Assembly: GCA_038087875.1 (NCBI GenBank)
Contig: JAXLNO010005073.1
Span: 186,001 to 250,000, forward strand
From: Malacoraja senta
Lineage: Eukaryota
Reading direction: 5' to 3'
Length of the DNA: 64,000 bases
Each line of letters opens with the position of its first letter. Position 1 is the stretch's first letter. This document shows positions 1 to 13,208 of the stretch, piece after piece. The notes below the pieces were generated by a model. The model saw only the letters and a program-made list of their open reading frames with translations. It had not been told where the DNA came from and searched no databases. A program made the translations under genes and the position numbers.

Positions 1-405
1 CAGGGTGGGGGTGTGCAGGGAAAGAGGGGGTTCCCATCACCAGTGTGGGGGGTGCAGGGAAAGAGGGGGTTCCCATCACCAGGATGGGGCTGGTGCAGAA
101 AAAGCAGGGGTTCCCATCACCAGGGTGGGGGGTGCAGGGAAAGAGGGGGTTCCCATCACCAGTGTGGGGGGTGCAGGGAAAGAGGGGGTTCCCATCACCA
201 GGTTGGGGGGTGCAAGGAAAGAAGGGGTTCCCATCACCAGTGTGGGGGGTGCAGGGAAAGAGGGGGTTCCCATCACCAGGTTGGGGGGTGCAGGGAAAGA
301 GGGGGTTCCCATCACCAGTGTGGGGGGGGGTGCAGGGAAAGAGGGGGTTCCCATCACCAAGGTGGGGGGGATTCATGGAAAGAGGGGGTTCCCATCACCA
401 GTATG
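1..405. repeat. G-rich 39-40 bp minisatellite, about 10 copies (GGGTGCAGGGAAAGAGGGGGTTCCCATCACCA core)
   Basis: Direct tandem repetition; same family at 15408-15545 and 52447-52726. Confidence 0.95.
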
Positions 406-450
406 CTGATTTCCCACCTCTATGCCACATTTCCCTTATATCCTGGGTTA

Positions 451-1032
451 GCCTCTACTTCCTGAGAAGATTACGTCAAGGAGGCCTCTCTCTAACTTCT
501 ACAGGTGCACAGTAGAGAACATGCTGACCGGTTGCATCGCGGCTTGGTTCAGCAACTGGAGCGCCCTGGAGAGGAAAAGACTACAAAAAGTAGTAAACAC
601 TGCCCAGTCCATCATCGGCTCTGACCTTCCTTCCATCGAGGGGATTTATTGCAGTCGCTGCCTCAAAAAGGCTGCCAGTATCATCAAGGACCCACACCAT
701 CCTGGCCACACTCTCACCTCCCCGCTACGTTCAGGTAGAAGGTACAGGAGCCTGAAGACTGCAACAACCAGGTTCAGGAATAGCTACTTCCCCACAGCCA
801 TCAGGCTATTAAACTTGGCTCGGACAAAACTCTGAACATTAATAGCCCATTATATGTTATTTGTACTTGATCAGTTTATTTATTCATGTGTGTATATATT
901 TATATAATGGTATATGGACACACTGATCTGTTTTGTAGTCAATGCCTACTATGTTCTGTTGTGCTGAAGCAAAGCAAGAATTTCGTTGTCCTATCAGGGA
1001 CACACGACAATAAACTCACTTGAACTTGAACT
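451..1032 (+). mobile_element. Rex1/Babar-type LINE 3' fragment
   Basis: ORF 521-835 ends SGRRYRSLKTATTRFRNSYFPTAIRLLN, typical Rex1/Babar C-terminus; 3'UTR ends AATAAA plus (CTTGAA)n. Confidence 0.85.
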
Positions 1033-1413
1033 ATCCCCTCCCATGTCCCATTCTCCCATAAACCTCCCTCTGGCTTCATCTTCCACACCCCTACCCTTCT
1101 TATCCAACATGTTTTATCACTTTCACCTGTGGCCTTTGTTACTTATTCCATCCATCTGCCAATCACCCACCCCCACATGCCAGGCTTTGTCCCACCCCCA
1201 CTTTCCATCTTTCTCCCCCCTACTCCAGTCTGTATGTTTCTAACCCAAAATGCCATCTGTCTATTTCCCCCACAGATGCTGCCTGACCCTCAGAGTTCCT
1301 CCAGCACTTCTGCTCAACATTCCAGCACCCTGAAATACAAGGAACGTGACCACAAAGCAATTAAGAAAGGACATTGTTAATCTTTCTCAAAGATTTATCC
1401 CCATTGAAACCAC

Positions 1414-1648
1414 ATGAGGATCGCCTCAGCGCAGAGGGAGAGCAAGGAGGGAAGAGATGGACTTTGGGACTTTTTGCCTTCCATCACAGTGAGGAGGTGC
1501 CTGGTGGACTCACTGTTGTGGATGTTAAACTGTGTTGAGTGTGTGTTTTTGTTATTTATTCTATGTTATGACTGCAGGCTAAACCATTTCGTTGCACTGA
1601 AAAGTGCAATGACAATAAATTGAATCAAAAAAAAATCAAAAAAAAATA
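1414..1648 (+). mobile_element. Short retroposon insertion with A-rich tail, specific to the left duplicate block
   Basis: Ends GACAATAAA plus poly-A; absent at the paralogous site near 53740; 3' part resembles 39700-39860. Confidence 0.55.
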
Positions 1649-2689
1649 AACAAAGGCCTTATCTTCATATCATCTCCACAAAGACTAGATTAGATAGACT
1701 TGGTTATAACAAAAAAACAGATCACTTTAATGATTGAAATCTCCTGACATCCTTGATCACACCCTCTATCACAAGCAGTACTTGGAACAGCAAGTTGACA
1801 AAGCCCATCTATCACAAACCATAGAAAACTGGGGACATTAGAAGATCTCCAGAGACCTTGGCACATCAACCTTGGTAGAATAACTGTAGTGGGAGAAACA
1901 GCAGCAGGTGAGAAAATTCTACATTCACCTCAAAATATCAAACACTCGGTGGACAGGGCCTGGAAAAATAACTCTAGGCCCAATGTTTCAAGGTCAGTTT
2001 ATCGTCACATATACCAATTAAGGTTCAGTGAAATTACAATGTGTCTGCAGTAGTGAATCCTACAGGGTAGAAGAATACATTGACTATTTTCATAATCAAA
2101 CTGGCACAGCAACATGCCAGCTATATCAAAAACAAACTTCACACAAACAGTGAACTCCCTGAATGAGCTGCCCAATGCTGTAACTCTTACTATGGGCATC
2201 AAACGTGACCCCCTGAGTTACTCCAGCACTCTGTAAAACGTCACCTATCCATGTACCCCACAGATGCTGCCTGACCCGCTGGGTTACTCCAGCACTCTGT
2301 GAAACGGCTTCTATCCATGTTCCCCACAGATGTTGCCTGACCCGCTGAGTTACTCCAGCACTTTGTGCCTTTTTTGTAAATCAGCACCTGCAGTTCCTTG
2401 ATTTTCATCCCAAATCTTGCCTGGTTTCAGGGTTTTTACTAAATTTGGTATCTGTCCAATGGGTGCATTACGGTGAAAGGTAAAGGGTCACAGAGCAATA
2501 GAGAACCATTTTGCAGTAAAGAACACAATACCTAATTTGTAGACAGCGCTCCCAATGTGCAGTGAATTCACATAACAGGTCGCTCCAATTTGTGGTCAAC
2601 ACTCCCACCGTGTGGTGATCCGCCGCACTGCAGTCAACACTCCCACCGTGTGGATTAAGAGCGAATTGCAGAAGCTGGAAAAATCGAAG

Positions 2690-3260
2690 GTAGACAAAAA
2701 TGCTGGAGTAACTCAGCGGGTGAGGCAGCATCTATGGAGAGAAGGAATAGGTGACGGTTCAGGTCGTGACCCTTCTTCAGACTGAAGTTGGGGTGGGGGT
2801 GCGGTAAAAGGACGGGAAAGGCAGAGACAGTAGGCTGTGGGAGAGCTGGGAAGGGAAAGGAGGGAGAAACCACTGAAATTGGAGAATGGGAAGATGAGGC
2901 CAGTGGTGGGATCCCGTTGGAGGTGGCGAAAATGTCGGAGGATTATCTGTTGTATGTGACGGCTGGTAGGGTGGAAGGTGAGGACATGGGGGACTGGGTA
3001 CTTGTTACGAGTTACGATGGGGAATAAGAGCAGAGCTGCGCGATATTGAGGAGACCATGATAAGAGTGCTGGAGAAACTCAGCAGGTCAGGCATCATCTT
3101 TGGAGGAAAAGGATGGGTGATATTTTGGGTAAAAACCCTTCTTCTATTCCTTCCCAAAATTACTTGTTTGTCCAGAGATGCTGCCTGACCCACTCAGTCA
3201 CTCCAGCAATTTGTCTATCTTTGGTATAAACCAGCATCTACAGGTCTTGGTTTCTACATT
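2690..3260. mobile_element. Penelope-like element fragments (terminal repeats plus ORF remnant)
   Basis: GAGTAACTCAGCGGG..GGCAGCATC terminal-repeat motif; minus-strand VSSISRSSAL remnant matching 61402-61812. Confidence 0.65.
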
Positions 3261-3619
3261 TTACATCAGCCAGATTCAATTTCAGTTGTGATAAGTTTAG
3301 GGTATCATCACTTTAGTAAAGATACATCCTTTTATTCTGACACTGTGCCCTCTGGTGCGAGACTCTCCCGCTAGTAGAAACATCCTTTTAGTTCGGAGAT
3401 ACAGCACAGAATCAGCACAATTCCAGTTGCACCAGAAAAAAATAATCATTAAAAACCCGGGACACTTCAAATTACAACAATTGAAAGGAAAAGTCAACAG
3501 AATTAATCAAAGAAGCAAACACAATTCCGTAGAGAGCGATAGTGTTCTCACCAACCTCATGCCCTGGAGATGTTGATCCACATTAGACACAAGGGGAGAC
3601 TCCCTGTCTCTACCCTGAG

Positions 3620-4503
3620 CACTGCTCCCATCCACAGCCCAGAACCACTGCTCCCATCCACAGCCCAGGACCACACCTCCCATCCACAGCCCAGGACCAC
3701 TGCTCCCATCCACAGCCCAGGACCACTGCTCCCATCCACAGCCCAGGACCACTGCTCCGATCCACAGCCCAGGACCACTGCTCCCATCCACAGCCCAGGA
3801 CCACTGCTCCCATCCACAGCCCAGGACCACTGCTCCCATCCACAGCCCATGACCACTGCTCCCATCCACAGCCCAGGACCACTGCTCCCATCCACAGCCC
3901 AGGACCACTGCTCCCATCCACAGCCCAGGACCACTGCTCCCATCCACAGCCCAGGACCACTGCTCCCATCCACAGCCCAGGACCACTGCTCCGATCCACA
4001 GCCCAGGACCACTGCACCCATCCACAACCCAGGACCACTGCTCCCATCCACAGCCCAGGACCACTGCTTCCATCCACAGCCCAGGACCACTGCTCCCATC
4101 CACAGCCCAGGACGACTGCTCCCATCCACAGCCCAGGACCACTGCTCCCATCCACAGCCCAGGACCACTGCTCCCATCCACAGCCCAGGACCACTGCTCC
4201 CATCCACAGCCCAGGACCACTGCTCCCATCCACAGCCCAGGACCACTGCTCCCATCCACAGCCCAGGACCACTGCTCCCATCCACAGCCCAGGACCACTG
4301 CTCCCATCCACAGCCTAGGACCACTGCTCCCATCCACAGCCCAGGACCACTGCTCCCATCCACAGCCCAGGACCACTGCTCCCATCCACAGCCCAGGACC
4401 ACTGCTTCCATCCACAGCCCAGGACCACTGCTCCCATCCATAGCCTAGGACCACTGCTCCCATCCACAACCCAGGACCACTGCTCCCATCCACAGCCCAG
4501 GAC
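3620..4503. repeat. 26-bp minisatellite CACTGCTCCCATCCACAGCCCAGGAC, about 34 copies
   Basis: Direct tandem repetition; 26-aa periodicity of the spurious ORFs equals 3 units. Confidence 0.97.
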
Positions 4504-4533
4504 AACTGCACTCAGACACTCCCACAACTCCCC

Positions 4534-4620
4534 CTTTTATACACAGCAGCTGACAATTTTCTAATCAGCTTCAATCAAGCTGATTACCACATTCACCATT
4601 CGCCCACCGGTAGCCAATCA
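4534..4620 (-). promoter_or_regulatory. Candidate TATA promoter (TATAAAAG 4534-4541, 10-bp inverted repeat 4562-4586, CCAAT 4614-4618)
   Basis: Motifs seen directly; TATA and palindrome conserved in the paralog at 63855-63910; function inferred. Confidence 0.35.
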
Positions 4621-4734
4621 ATGTTTGTTGCACACATCATGATATCCACCTGGGGCAGTGTTTGTCTGCAGGACAATAATTGCCCTCCGACTTGTTGCTT
4701 TTTACACAAAGTGGCTGCTTGCATTTCCTTAAGT

Positions 4735-5190
4735 CAGGGACGACACACAGAAACAGAATTAGGCCATTCGGCCCATCGAGTCTACCCCACCATTCAATCA
4801 TGGCTGATCTATCTCTCCCTCCTAACCCCATTCTCCTGCCTTCTCCCCATAACCCCTGACACCCGCACTCATCAACAATCTATCTATCTCTGCCTTAAAT
4901 ATATCCACTGACTTGTGGCCTCCACCGCCATCTGTGGCAATGAATCCCACAGATTCACCACCCTCTGGCTAAAGAATTTCCTCCTCATCTCCTTCCTAAA
5001 GGAAAGTCCTTTAAATCTGAGGCTGTGCCCTCTGGTCCTAGACTCTCCCACTAGTGGAAACATCCTCTCCACATCCACTCTCTCTGGGCCTTTCACTGTT
5101 CAGAGAAGTTTCAATGAGGTCCCCCCCCACCTAATCTTCTAAACTCCAGCGCGTACAGACCCAGCGCCGACAAACGCTCATCGTACGTTT
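4735..5190 (-). mobile_element. CR1 LINE 3' fragment
   Basis: ORF 4884-5096 MFPLVGESRTRGHSLR...FFSQRVVNLWDSLP, CR1 ORF2 C-terminus. Confidence 0.85.
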
Positions 5191-5344
5191 GAGAAGTGAA
5201 TAGTGATGATTTGTTAATTCATCATGGCTGAACCAGGTGGGCTCACTTCTGACTAGACTTTACTGTGGACATTTAAACAGGAACAGTAAACTTTCTTTAT
5301 AAACAATGAATGACCCAGAGAAAGGAGAATGTTACTCTTGGAAG

Positions 5345-8300
5345 TTCATAGTCACAGCATGGAAACAGGCCCTTCCTTCGGCCCAACTTGTCCGCCCCGA
5401 CCAACATACCCCATCTACACTAGTCCCACCCCGACCAACATGCCCCGTCTACACTAGTCCCACCCCGACCAACACGCCCCATCTACACTAGTCCCACCCC
5501 GACCAACATGCCCCATCTACCCTAGTCTCACCCCGACCAACATGCCCCATCTACACTAGTCCCACCCTGACCAACATGCCCCATCTACACTAGTCCCACC
5601 CCGACCAACATGCCCCAGCTACACTAGTCCCACCCCGAACAACATGCCCCATCTACACCAGTCCCACCCTGACCAACATGCCCCATCTACACTAGTCCCA
5701 CCCCGACCAAGATGCCACATGTACACTAGTCCCACCCCGACCAACATGCCACATGTACACTAGTCCCACCCCGACCAACATGCCCCATCTACACTAGTCC
5801 CACCCCGACGAACATGCCCCATCTACACTAGTCCCTCCCCGACCAACATGCCACATCTACACTAGTCCCAGCCCGACCAACATGCCCCATCTACACTAGT
5901 CCCACCCCGACCAACATGCCCCATCTACACTAGTCCCACCCCAACCAACATGCCCGATCTACATTAGTCCCACCCAAGACCAACATGCCCCGTATACACA
6001 AGTCCCACCCCGACCAACATGCCCCATCTACACTAGTCCCACCCGACCAACATGCCCCATCTACACTAGTCCCACCCCGACTAACATGCCCCATCTACAC
6101 TAGTCCTACCCCGACCAACATGCCCCATCTACACTGGTCCCACTCCGACCAACATGCCCAATCTACACTAGTCCCACCCCGACCAACATGCCCCATCTAC
6201 ACTAGTCCCACCCCGACCAACATGCCCCATCTACACTAGTCCCACCCCGACCAACATGCCCCATCTACACTAGTCCCACCCCGACCAATATAACCCATCT
6301 ACACTAGTCCCACCCAGACCAACATGCCCCATCTACACTAGTCCCACCCCGACCAACATGCCCCATTTACACTAATCCCACCCCGACCAACATGCCCCAT
6401 CTACACTAGTCCCACCCCGACCAACATGCCCCATCTACACTAATCCCACCCCGACCAACATGCCCCATCTACACTAGTCCCACCCCGACCAACATGCCCC
6501 AGCTACACTAGTCCCACCCCGAACAACATGCCCCATCTACACCAGTCCCACCCTGACCAACATGCCCCATCTACACTAGTCCCACCCCGACCAAGATGCC
6601 ACATGTACACTAGTCCCACCCCGACCAACATGCCACATGTACACTAGTCCCACCCCGACCAACATGCCCCATCTACACTAGTCCCACCCCGACGAACATG
6701 CCCCATCTACACTAGTCCCACCCCGACCAACATGCCACATCTACACTAGTCCCAGCCCGACCAACATGCCCCATCTACACTAGTCCCACCCCGACCAACA
6801 TGCCCCATCTACACTAGTCCCACCCCAACCAACATGCCCGATCTACATTAGTCCCACCCTAGACCAACATGCCCCGTATACACAAGTCCCACCCCGACCA
6901 ACATGCCCCATCTACACTAGTCCCACCCGACCAACATGCCCCATCTACACTAGTCCCACCCCGACTAACATGCCCCATCTACACTAGTCCTACCCCGACC
7001 AACATGCCCCATCTACACTAGTCCCACTCCGACCAACATGCCCCATCTACACTAGTCCCACCCCGACCAACATGCCCCATCTACACTAGTCCCACCCCGA
7101 CCAACATGCCCCATCTACACTAGTCCCACCCCGACCAACATGCCCCATCTACACTAGTCCCACCCCGACCAACATGCCCCATCTACACTAGTCCCACCCC
7201 GACCAATATAACCCATCTACACTAGACCCACCCCGACCAACATGCCCCATCTACACTAGTCCCACCCCGACCAACATGCCCCATCTACACTAATCCCACC
7301 CCGACCAACATGCCCCATCTACACTAGTGCCACCCCGACCAACATGCCCCATCTACACTAATCCCACCCCGACCAACATGCCCCATCTACACTAGTCCCA
7401 CCCCGACTAACATGCCCCATCTACACTAATCCCACCCCGGCCAACATGCCCCATCTACACAAGTCCCACCCCGACCAAAATGCCCCATCTACACTGGTCC
7501 CACCCCGACCAACATGCCCCATCTACACTAGTCCCACCCCGACCAACATGCCCCATCTACACTAGTCCCACCCCGACCAACATGCCCCATCTACACTAGT
7601 CCCACCCTGACCAACATGCCCCATCTACACTAGTCCCACCCCGACCAACATGCCCCATCTACACTAGTCCCACCCCGACCAACATGCCCCATCTACACTA
7701 GTCCCACCCCGACCAACATGCCCCGTCTACACTAGTCCCACCCCGACCAACACGCCCCATCTACACTAGTCCCACCCCGACCAACATGCCCCATCTACCC
7801 TAGTCTCACCCCGACCAACATGCCCCATCTACACTAGTCCCACCCTGACCAACATGCCCCATCTACACTAGTCCCACCCCGACCAACATGCCCCAGCTAC
7901 ACTAGTCCCACCCCGAACAACATGCCCCATCTACACCAGTCCCACCCTGACCAACATGCCCCATCTACACTAGTCCCACCCCGACCAAGATGCCACATGT
8001 ACACTAGTCCCACCCCGACCAACATGCCACATGTACACTAGTCCCACCCCGACCAACATGCCCCATCTACACTAGTCCCACCCCGACGAACATGCCCCAT
8101 CTACACTAGTCCCACCCCGACCAACATGCCACATCTACACTAGCCCCAGCCCGACCAACATGCCCCATCTACACTAGTCCCACCCCAACCAACATGCCCG
8201 ATCTACATTAGTCCCACCCTAGACCAACATGCCCCGTATACACAAGTCCCACCCCGACCAACATGCCCCATCTACACTAGTCCCACCCGACCAACATGCC

Positions 8301-10200
8301 CCATCTACACTAGTCCCACCCCGACTAACATGCCCCATCTACACTAGTCCTACCCCGACCAACATGCCCCATCTACACTAGTCCCACTCCGACCAACATG
8401 CCCCATCTACACTAATCCCACCCCGACCAACATGCCCCGTCTACACTAGTCCCACCCCGACCAACATGCCTCATCGACACTAGTCCCACCCCGACCAACA
8501 TGCCCCATCTACACTAGTCCCACCCCGACCAATATAACCCATCTACACTAGTCCCACCCCGACCAACATGCCCCATCTACACTAGTCCCACCCCGACCAA
8601 CATGCCCCATCTACACTAATCCCACCCCGACCAACATGCCCCATCTACACTAGTCCCACCCCGACCAACATGCCCCATCTACACTAATCCCACCCCGACC
8701 AACATTCCCCATCTACACTAGTCCCACCCCGACCAACATGCCCCATCTACACTAGTCCCACCCCGACCAACATGCCCCGTCTACACTAGTCCCACCCCGA
8801 CCAACACGCCCCATCTACACTAGTCCCACCCCGACCAACATGCCCCATCTACCCTAGTCTCACCCCGACCAACATGCCCCATCTACACTAGTCCCACCCT
8901 GACCAACATGCCCCATCTACACTAGTCCCACCCCGACCAACATGCCCCAGCTACACTAGTCCCACCCCGAACAACATGCCCCATCTACACCAGTCCCACC
9001 CTGACCAACATGCCCCATCTACACTAGTCCCACCCCGACCAAGATGCCACATGTACACTAGTCCCACCCCGACCAACATGCCACATGTACACTAGTCCCA
9101 CCCCGACCAACATGCCCCATCTACACTAGTCCCACCCCGCCGAACATGCCCCATCTACACTAGTCCCACCCCGACCAACATGCCACATCTACACTAGTCC
9201 CAGCCCGACCAACATGCCCCATCTACACTAGTCCCACCCCGACCAACATGCCCCATCTACACTAGTCCCACCCCAACCAACATGCCCGATCTACATTAGT
9301 CCCACCCTAGACCAACATGCCCCGTATACACAAGTCCCACCCCGACCAACATGCCCCATCTACACTAGTCCCACCCCGACCAACATGCCCCATCTACACT
9401 AATCCCACCCCGACCAACATGCCCCATCTACACTAGTCCCACCCCGACCAACATGCCCCATCTACACTAATCCCACCCCGACCAACATGCCCCATCTACA
9501 CTAATCCCACCCCGACCAATATGCCCCATCTACACTAGTCCCACCCCGACCAACATGCCCCATCTACACTAGTCCCACCCCGACCAACATGCCTCATCTA
9601 CACTAATCCCACCCCAACCAACATGCCCCATCTACACTAGTCCCACCCCGACCAACATGCCCCATCTACACTAGTCCCACCCCGACCAACATGCCCCATC
9701 TACACTAGTCCCACCCCGACCAACATGCCCCATCTACACTAGTCCCACCCCGACCAACATGCCCCATCTACCCTAGTCCCACCCCGACCAACATGCCCCA
9801 TCTACCCTAGTCCCACCCCGACCAACATGCCCCATCTACCCTAGTCCCACCCCGACCAACATGCCCCATCTACCCTAGTCCCACCCCGACTAACATGCCC
9901 CATCTACACTAGTCCTACCCCGACCAACATGCCCCATCTACCCTAGTCCCACCCCGACCAACATGCCCCATCTACACTAGTCCCACCCCGACCAACATGC
10001 CCCATCTACACTAGACCCACCCCGACCATCATGCCCCATTCTACACTAGTCCCACTTGCCCGCGTTTGACCCATATCCCTCCAAACCTGTCCTATCCAAG
10101 TGTCTCTTAAACGTTGTGATAGTCCCTGCCTCAACTACCTCCTCCAGCAGCTCATTCCATACACCCACCATCCTCTGTGTGGAAATGTTGCCCCTCAGAT
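5345..10200 (-). mobile_element. CR1 3'-end fragment hosting a massive internal minisatellite expansion
   Basis: Flanks 5345-5400 and 10052-10200 join into a CR1 ORF2 end plus 3'UTR that contains one copy of the 34-bp unit. Confidence 0.7.
5393..10052. repeat. 34-bp minisatellite GTCCCACCCCGACCAACATGCCCCATCTACACTA, about 137 copies
   Basis: Direct tandem repetition over about 4.66 kb. Confidence 0.98.
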
Positions 10201-10282
10201 TGACATTATTAATGTGGACCATTTGTGCACAACTCTGCTGTTGTGAGTAATAAATGAAATGATAGATAGCAAAAATACACAG

Positions 10283-10570
10283 TTGTGCAGCGGTAGAGTT
10301 GCTGCCTCACAGCGCCAGAGACCCGGGTTCCATCCTCAATATGGGTGCTGTCTGTACGGAGTTTGCACGTTCTCCCCGTGACCTGCGTGGGTTTTCTCCG
10401 GGTGCTCCGGTTTCCTTCCGCATTCGAAAGACCTGCTGGTTTGTAGGTTAATTGGCTTCTGTAAAATTGTCCCTAATGTGTGTAGGATGGAGCTAGTATA
10501 CGGGGTGATCACTGGTCGGCGATGACTTGTTGGGCCGAAGGGCGTGTTTCTGCGCAGTATCTCTAAAATC
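10283..10570 (+). mobile_element. tRNA-derived V-SINE (HE1-like)
   Basis: tRNA-like head GCAGCGGTAGAG...GGGTTCCATCC; V-domain GTTCTCCCCGTGACCTGCGTGGGTTTTCTCCGGGTGCTCCGGTTTCC. Confidence 0.85.
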
Positions 10571-10929
10571 TAAACAATACCCGGTGACTTGGCCTCCACC
10601 GCCCTCTGTGGCAATGAATTCCACAGATTCACCACCCTCTGGCTAAAGAAATTCCTCCTCATCTCCTTTCTAAAGGCATGAGTGGGAAAGGCAGAGAGGG
10701 TGAGGGGCCAGACGTGGGCATGTGGGACTAGCTTCGATAGGCATGGCTGTGTGTTTCTGTGCTGTGGGACTGACGGGGCTACACAGGGTAGTAGTTCGAT
10801 GCTTCAGCCTGCAGCAACCCAGGAGAACTGTGTTCCAGATGTTTCATTAGTTTGTTGTTCTGCACATCGATCGGGAGACGATGAAATCTCTCGTTCACAC
10901 GCAGCGGCCAGAGCAAACAGTGTACATAC

Positions 10930-12570
10930 AGTGATGACCAGCCGCTCCATTCTCTCAGCATATGACAGTCCCGTCATCCCGGGAATTAACCTTGTAAACC
11001 TACGCTGCACTCCCTCAATAGCAAGAATGTCCTTCCTCATATTAGGGGACCAAAACTGCACACAATACTCCAGGTGTGGTCTCACTAGGGCTCTGTACAA
11101 ATGCAGAAGGACCTCTTTGCTCCTATATTCGATTCTTCTTGTTATAAAGGCCAACATGCTATTCGCTTTCTTCACTGCCTGCTGTACCTGCATGCTTACT
11201 TTCATAGCCTGATGAACAAGGACCCCCAGATCCCGTTGTACTTCTCCTTTTCGCAACTTGACACCATTTAGATAGCAATCTCCCTTCCTGTTTTTGCTAC
11301 CAAAGTGGATAACCTCACATTTATCCGCATTAAACTTCATCTGCCATGCATCTGCCCACTCCCCCAACCTGTCCAAGTCACCCTGCATTCTCATTGCATC
11401 CTCCTCACAGTTTACACTGCCACCCAGCTTTGTGTCATCTGCAAATTTGCTAATGTTACTTTGAATCTCTTCATCCAAATCATTGATGTATATTGTAAAT
11501 AGCTGCGGAACCAGACCGAGCCTTGCCGTACCCCAGTAGTCACTGCCTGCCATTCTGAAAGGGACCCATTAATCCCTACTCTTTGTTTCCTGTCGGCCAA
11601 TCACTTCTCTATCCATGTCAGCACTCTACCCCCAATACCATTTGCCCTAATTTTGCCCACTAATCTCCTATGTGGGACCTTATCAAATGCTTTGTGAAAG
11701 TCCAGGTACACTACATCCACTGGCTCTCCCTTGTCCATTTTCCTAGTTGCATCTTAAAAAAATTCCAGAAGATTGGTCAAGCATGACTTCCCCTTCGTAT
11801 ATCCATGCTAACTCAGACCGATCCTGTTACTGCTATCCAAATGTGCGGCTATTTCATATTTTATAATTGACTCCAGCGTCTTCCCCACCGCCGATGTCAG
11901 GCTAACTGGTCTATAATTCCCTGTTTTCTCTCTCGCTCCTTTCTTGATAAGTGGGATGACATTAGCTATCCTCCAATCCACAGGAACTGATCCTGAATCT
12001 ATTGAACATTGGAAAATGATCACCAATGCGTCCACTATTTCTAGACCCACCTCCATGAGGACCTTGGGATGCAGACCATCAGGCCCAGGGGATTTATCAT
12101 CCTTCAGTCTCATTAGACTACCCAATACTATTTCTCGCCTAATGAACATTTCTTTCAGTTCCTCTACCCCCTTAGATCCTCTGTCCTCCAGTATTTCTGG
12201 GAGATTGTTTGAGTCTTCCTTAGTGAAGACAGATCGGAAGTACCTATTCAACTCTTCTGCCATTTCCTTGTTGCCCATAATAATTTCACCCACATCTGCC
12301 TTCAAGGGACCCACATTTGACTTTGCTACTCTTTTTCCCTTAACATATCTAAAGAAGCTTTTACTGTCCTTCTTTATATTCCTGGCCAGCTTCCCTTCGT
12401 ACTTCATCTTTTCAGCCCGTATTGCCCGTTTTGTTTCCTTCTGTTGTCCTATGAAAGTTTCCCAATCCTCTGGCTTCCGGCTACTCTTTGCTGTGTTGTA
12501 CAACTTGTCTTTTAGTTTTATTATATCCCTAACTTCTCTTGTCAGCCACGCTTGCCTCCCACTCCCCTTA
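10930..12570 (-). mobile_element. CR1 LINE ORF2 (RT) fragment, frameshifted
   Basis: ORFs 11808-12503 and 10804-11553 with [38 protein letters not shown]. Confidence 0.92.
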
Positions 12571-13134
12571 GTTGTGAAAAAATCAGGAAGGAAAACAGCC
12601 CAGAGATCAAAATAGACGAATCATTGTGGTTGAATTGCATAAAAGCTCTTAATGCAGCCTTAACCATTGCTCTGAATTTTGCTTTAGGTCCTGAATGTGA
12701 TATGAGTTTGTATGTTGGTTGCACCAAGCTTCAGTGCGTCCCTCAGCACGTTTTCCTGCAGTCTGGAGTGGGTCAAGTGGCAACATTCCCTGATGGACCA
12801 CACGTTGACAGATCGTTGCTTCATTCCTCAGCACAGTAACAGTGTGTGGGAGATGGGACAATGTTCCTGTCCTTATAATACAGCCTTTGACCCACAGTGA
12901 GCAGCACCAGAACAGAAGTATTGCAATTAAAGTTTTATCTTTAGAAACAAGAGACACTTCCTCAATCTTACATTTAATGGCCTTAGCATTGAAGGCAAGC
13001 ATACCATACGCCTTCTTCACTACCCTAACTACTTGTGCTGCCACTTTCCGTGAGCTATTAACGTGGACTCCAAATGCACTGAAGATATGTGTCTCAAACT
13101 GGCTCAGTCTAAAATTCTATGTTATTTCCCACAG

Positions 13135-13208
13135 GGAATCCACAAAATGAGGCCCAGGTTTTTCTGCAGCAGTTTGCCAGCTGGTTTGATGTTCGGTGTC
13201 TTTGTTTT
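13135..13208 (+). pseudogene. Relic leader exon of a paralog of the Ig receptor gene, truncated by an LTR
   Basis: Acceptor TTATTTCCCACAG at 13134, ATG 13147, MRPRFFCSSLPAGLMFGVFVF matches MRSRFLCSSLPLGLMFGFFVF at 22340. Confidence 0.75.

Noticed and set aside
5-515. Gly-rich ORFs (also 52351-52790)
   Set aside because: Translations of the 39-40 bp minisatellite
3466-3560. Three-codon first exon suggesting a gamma-crystallin-like gene or a split signal peptide
   Set aside because: No recognisable downstream coding exon; the frame runs into SINE and CR1 debris
3507-4527. Long ORFs (up to 467 aa, also 62126-63874) resembling mucin or Pro/Thr-rich proteins
   Set aside because: They arise from the stop-free 26-bp minisatellite and are open in nearly all frames on both strands
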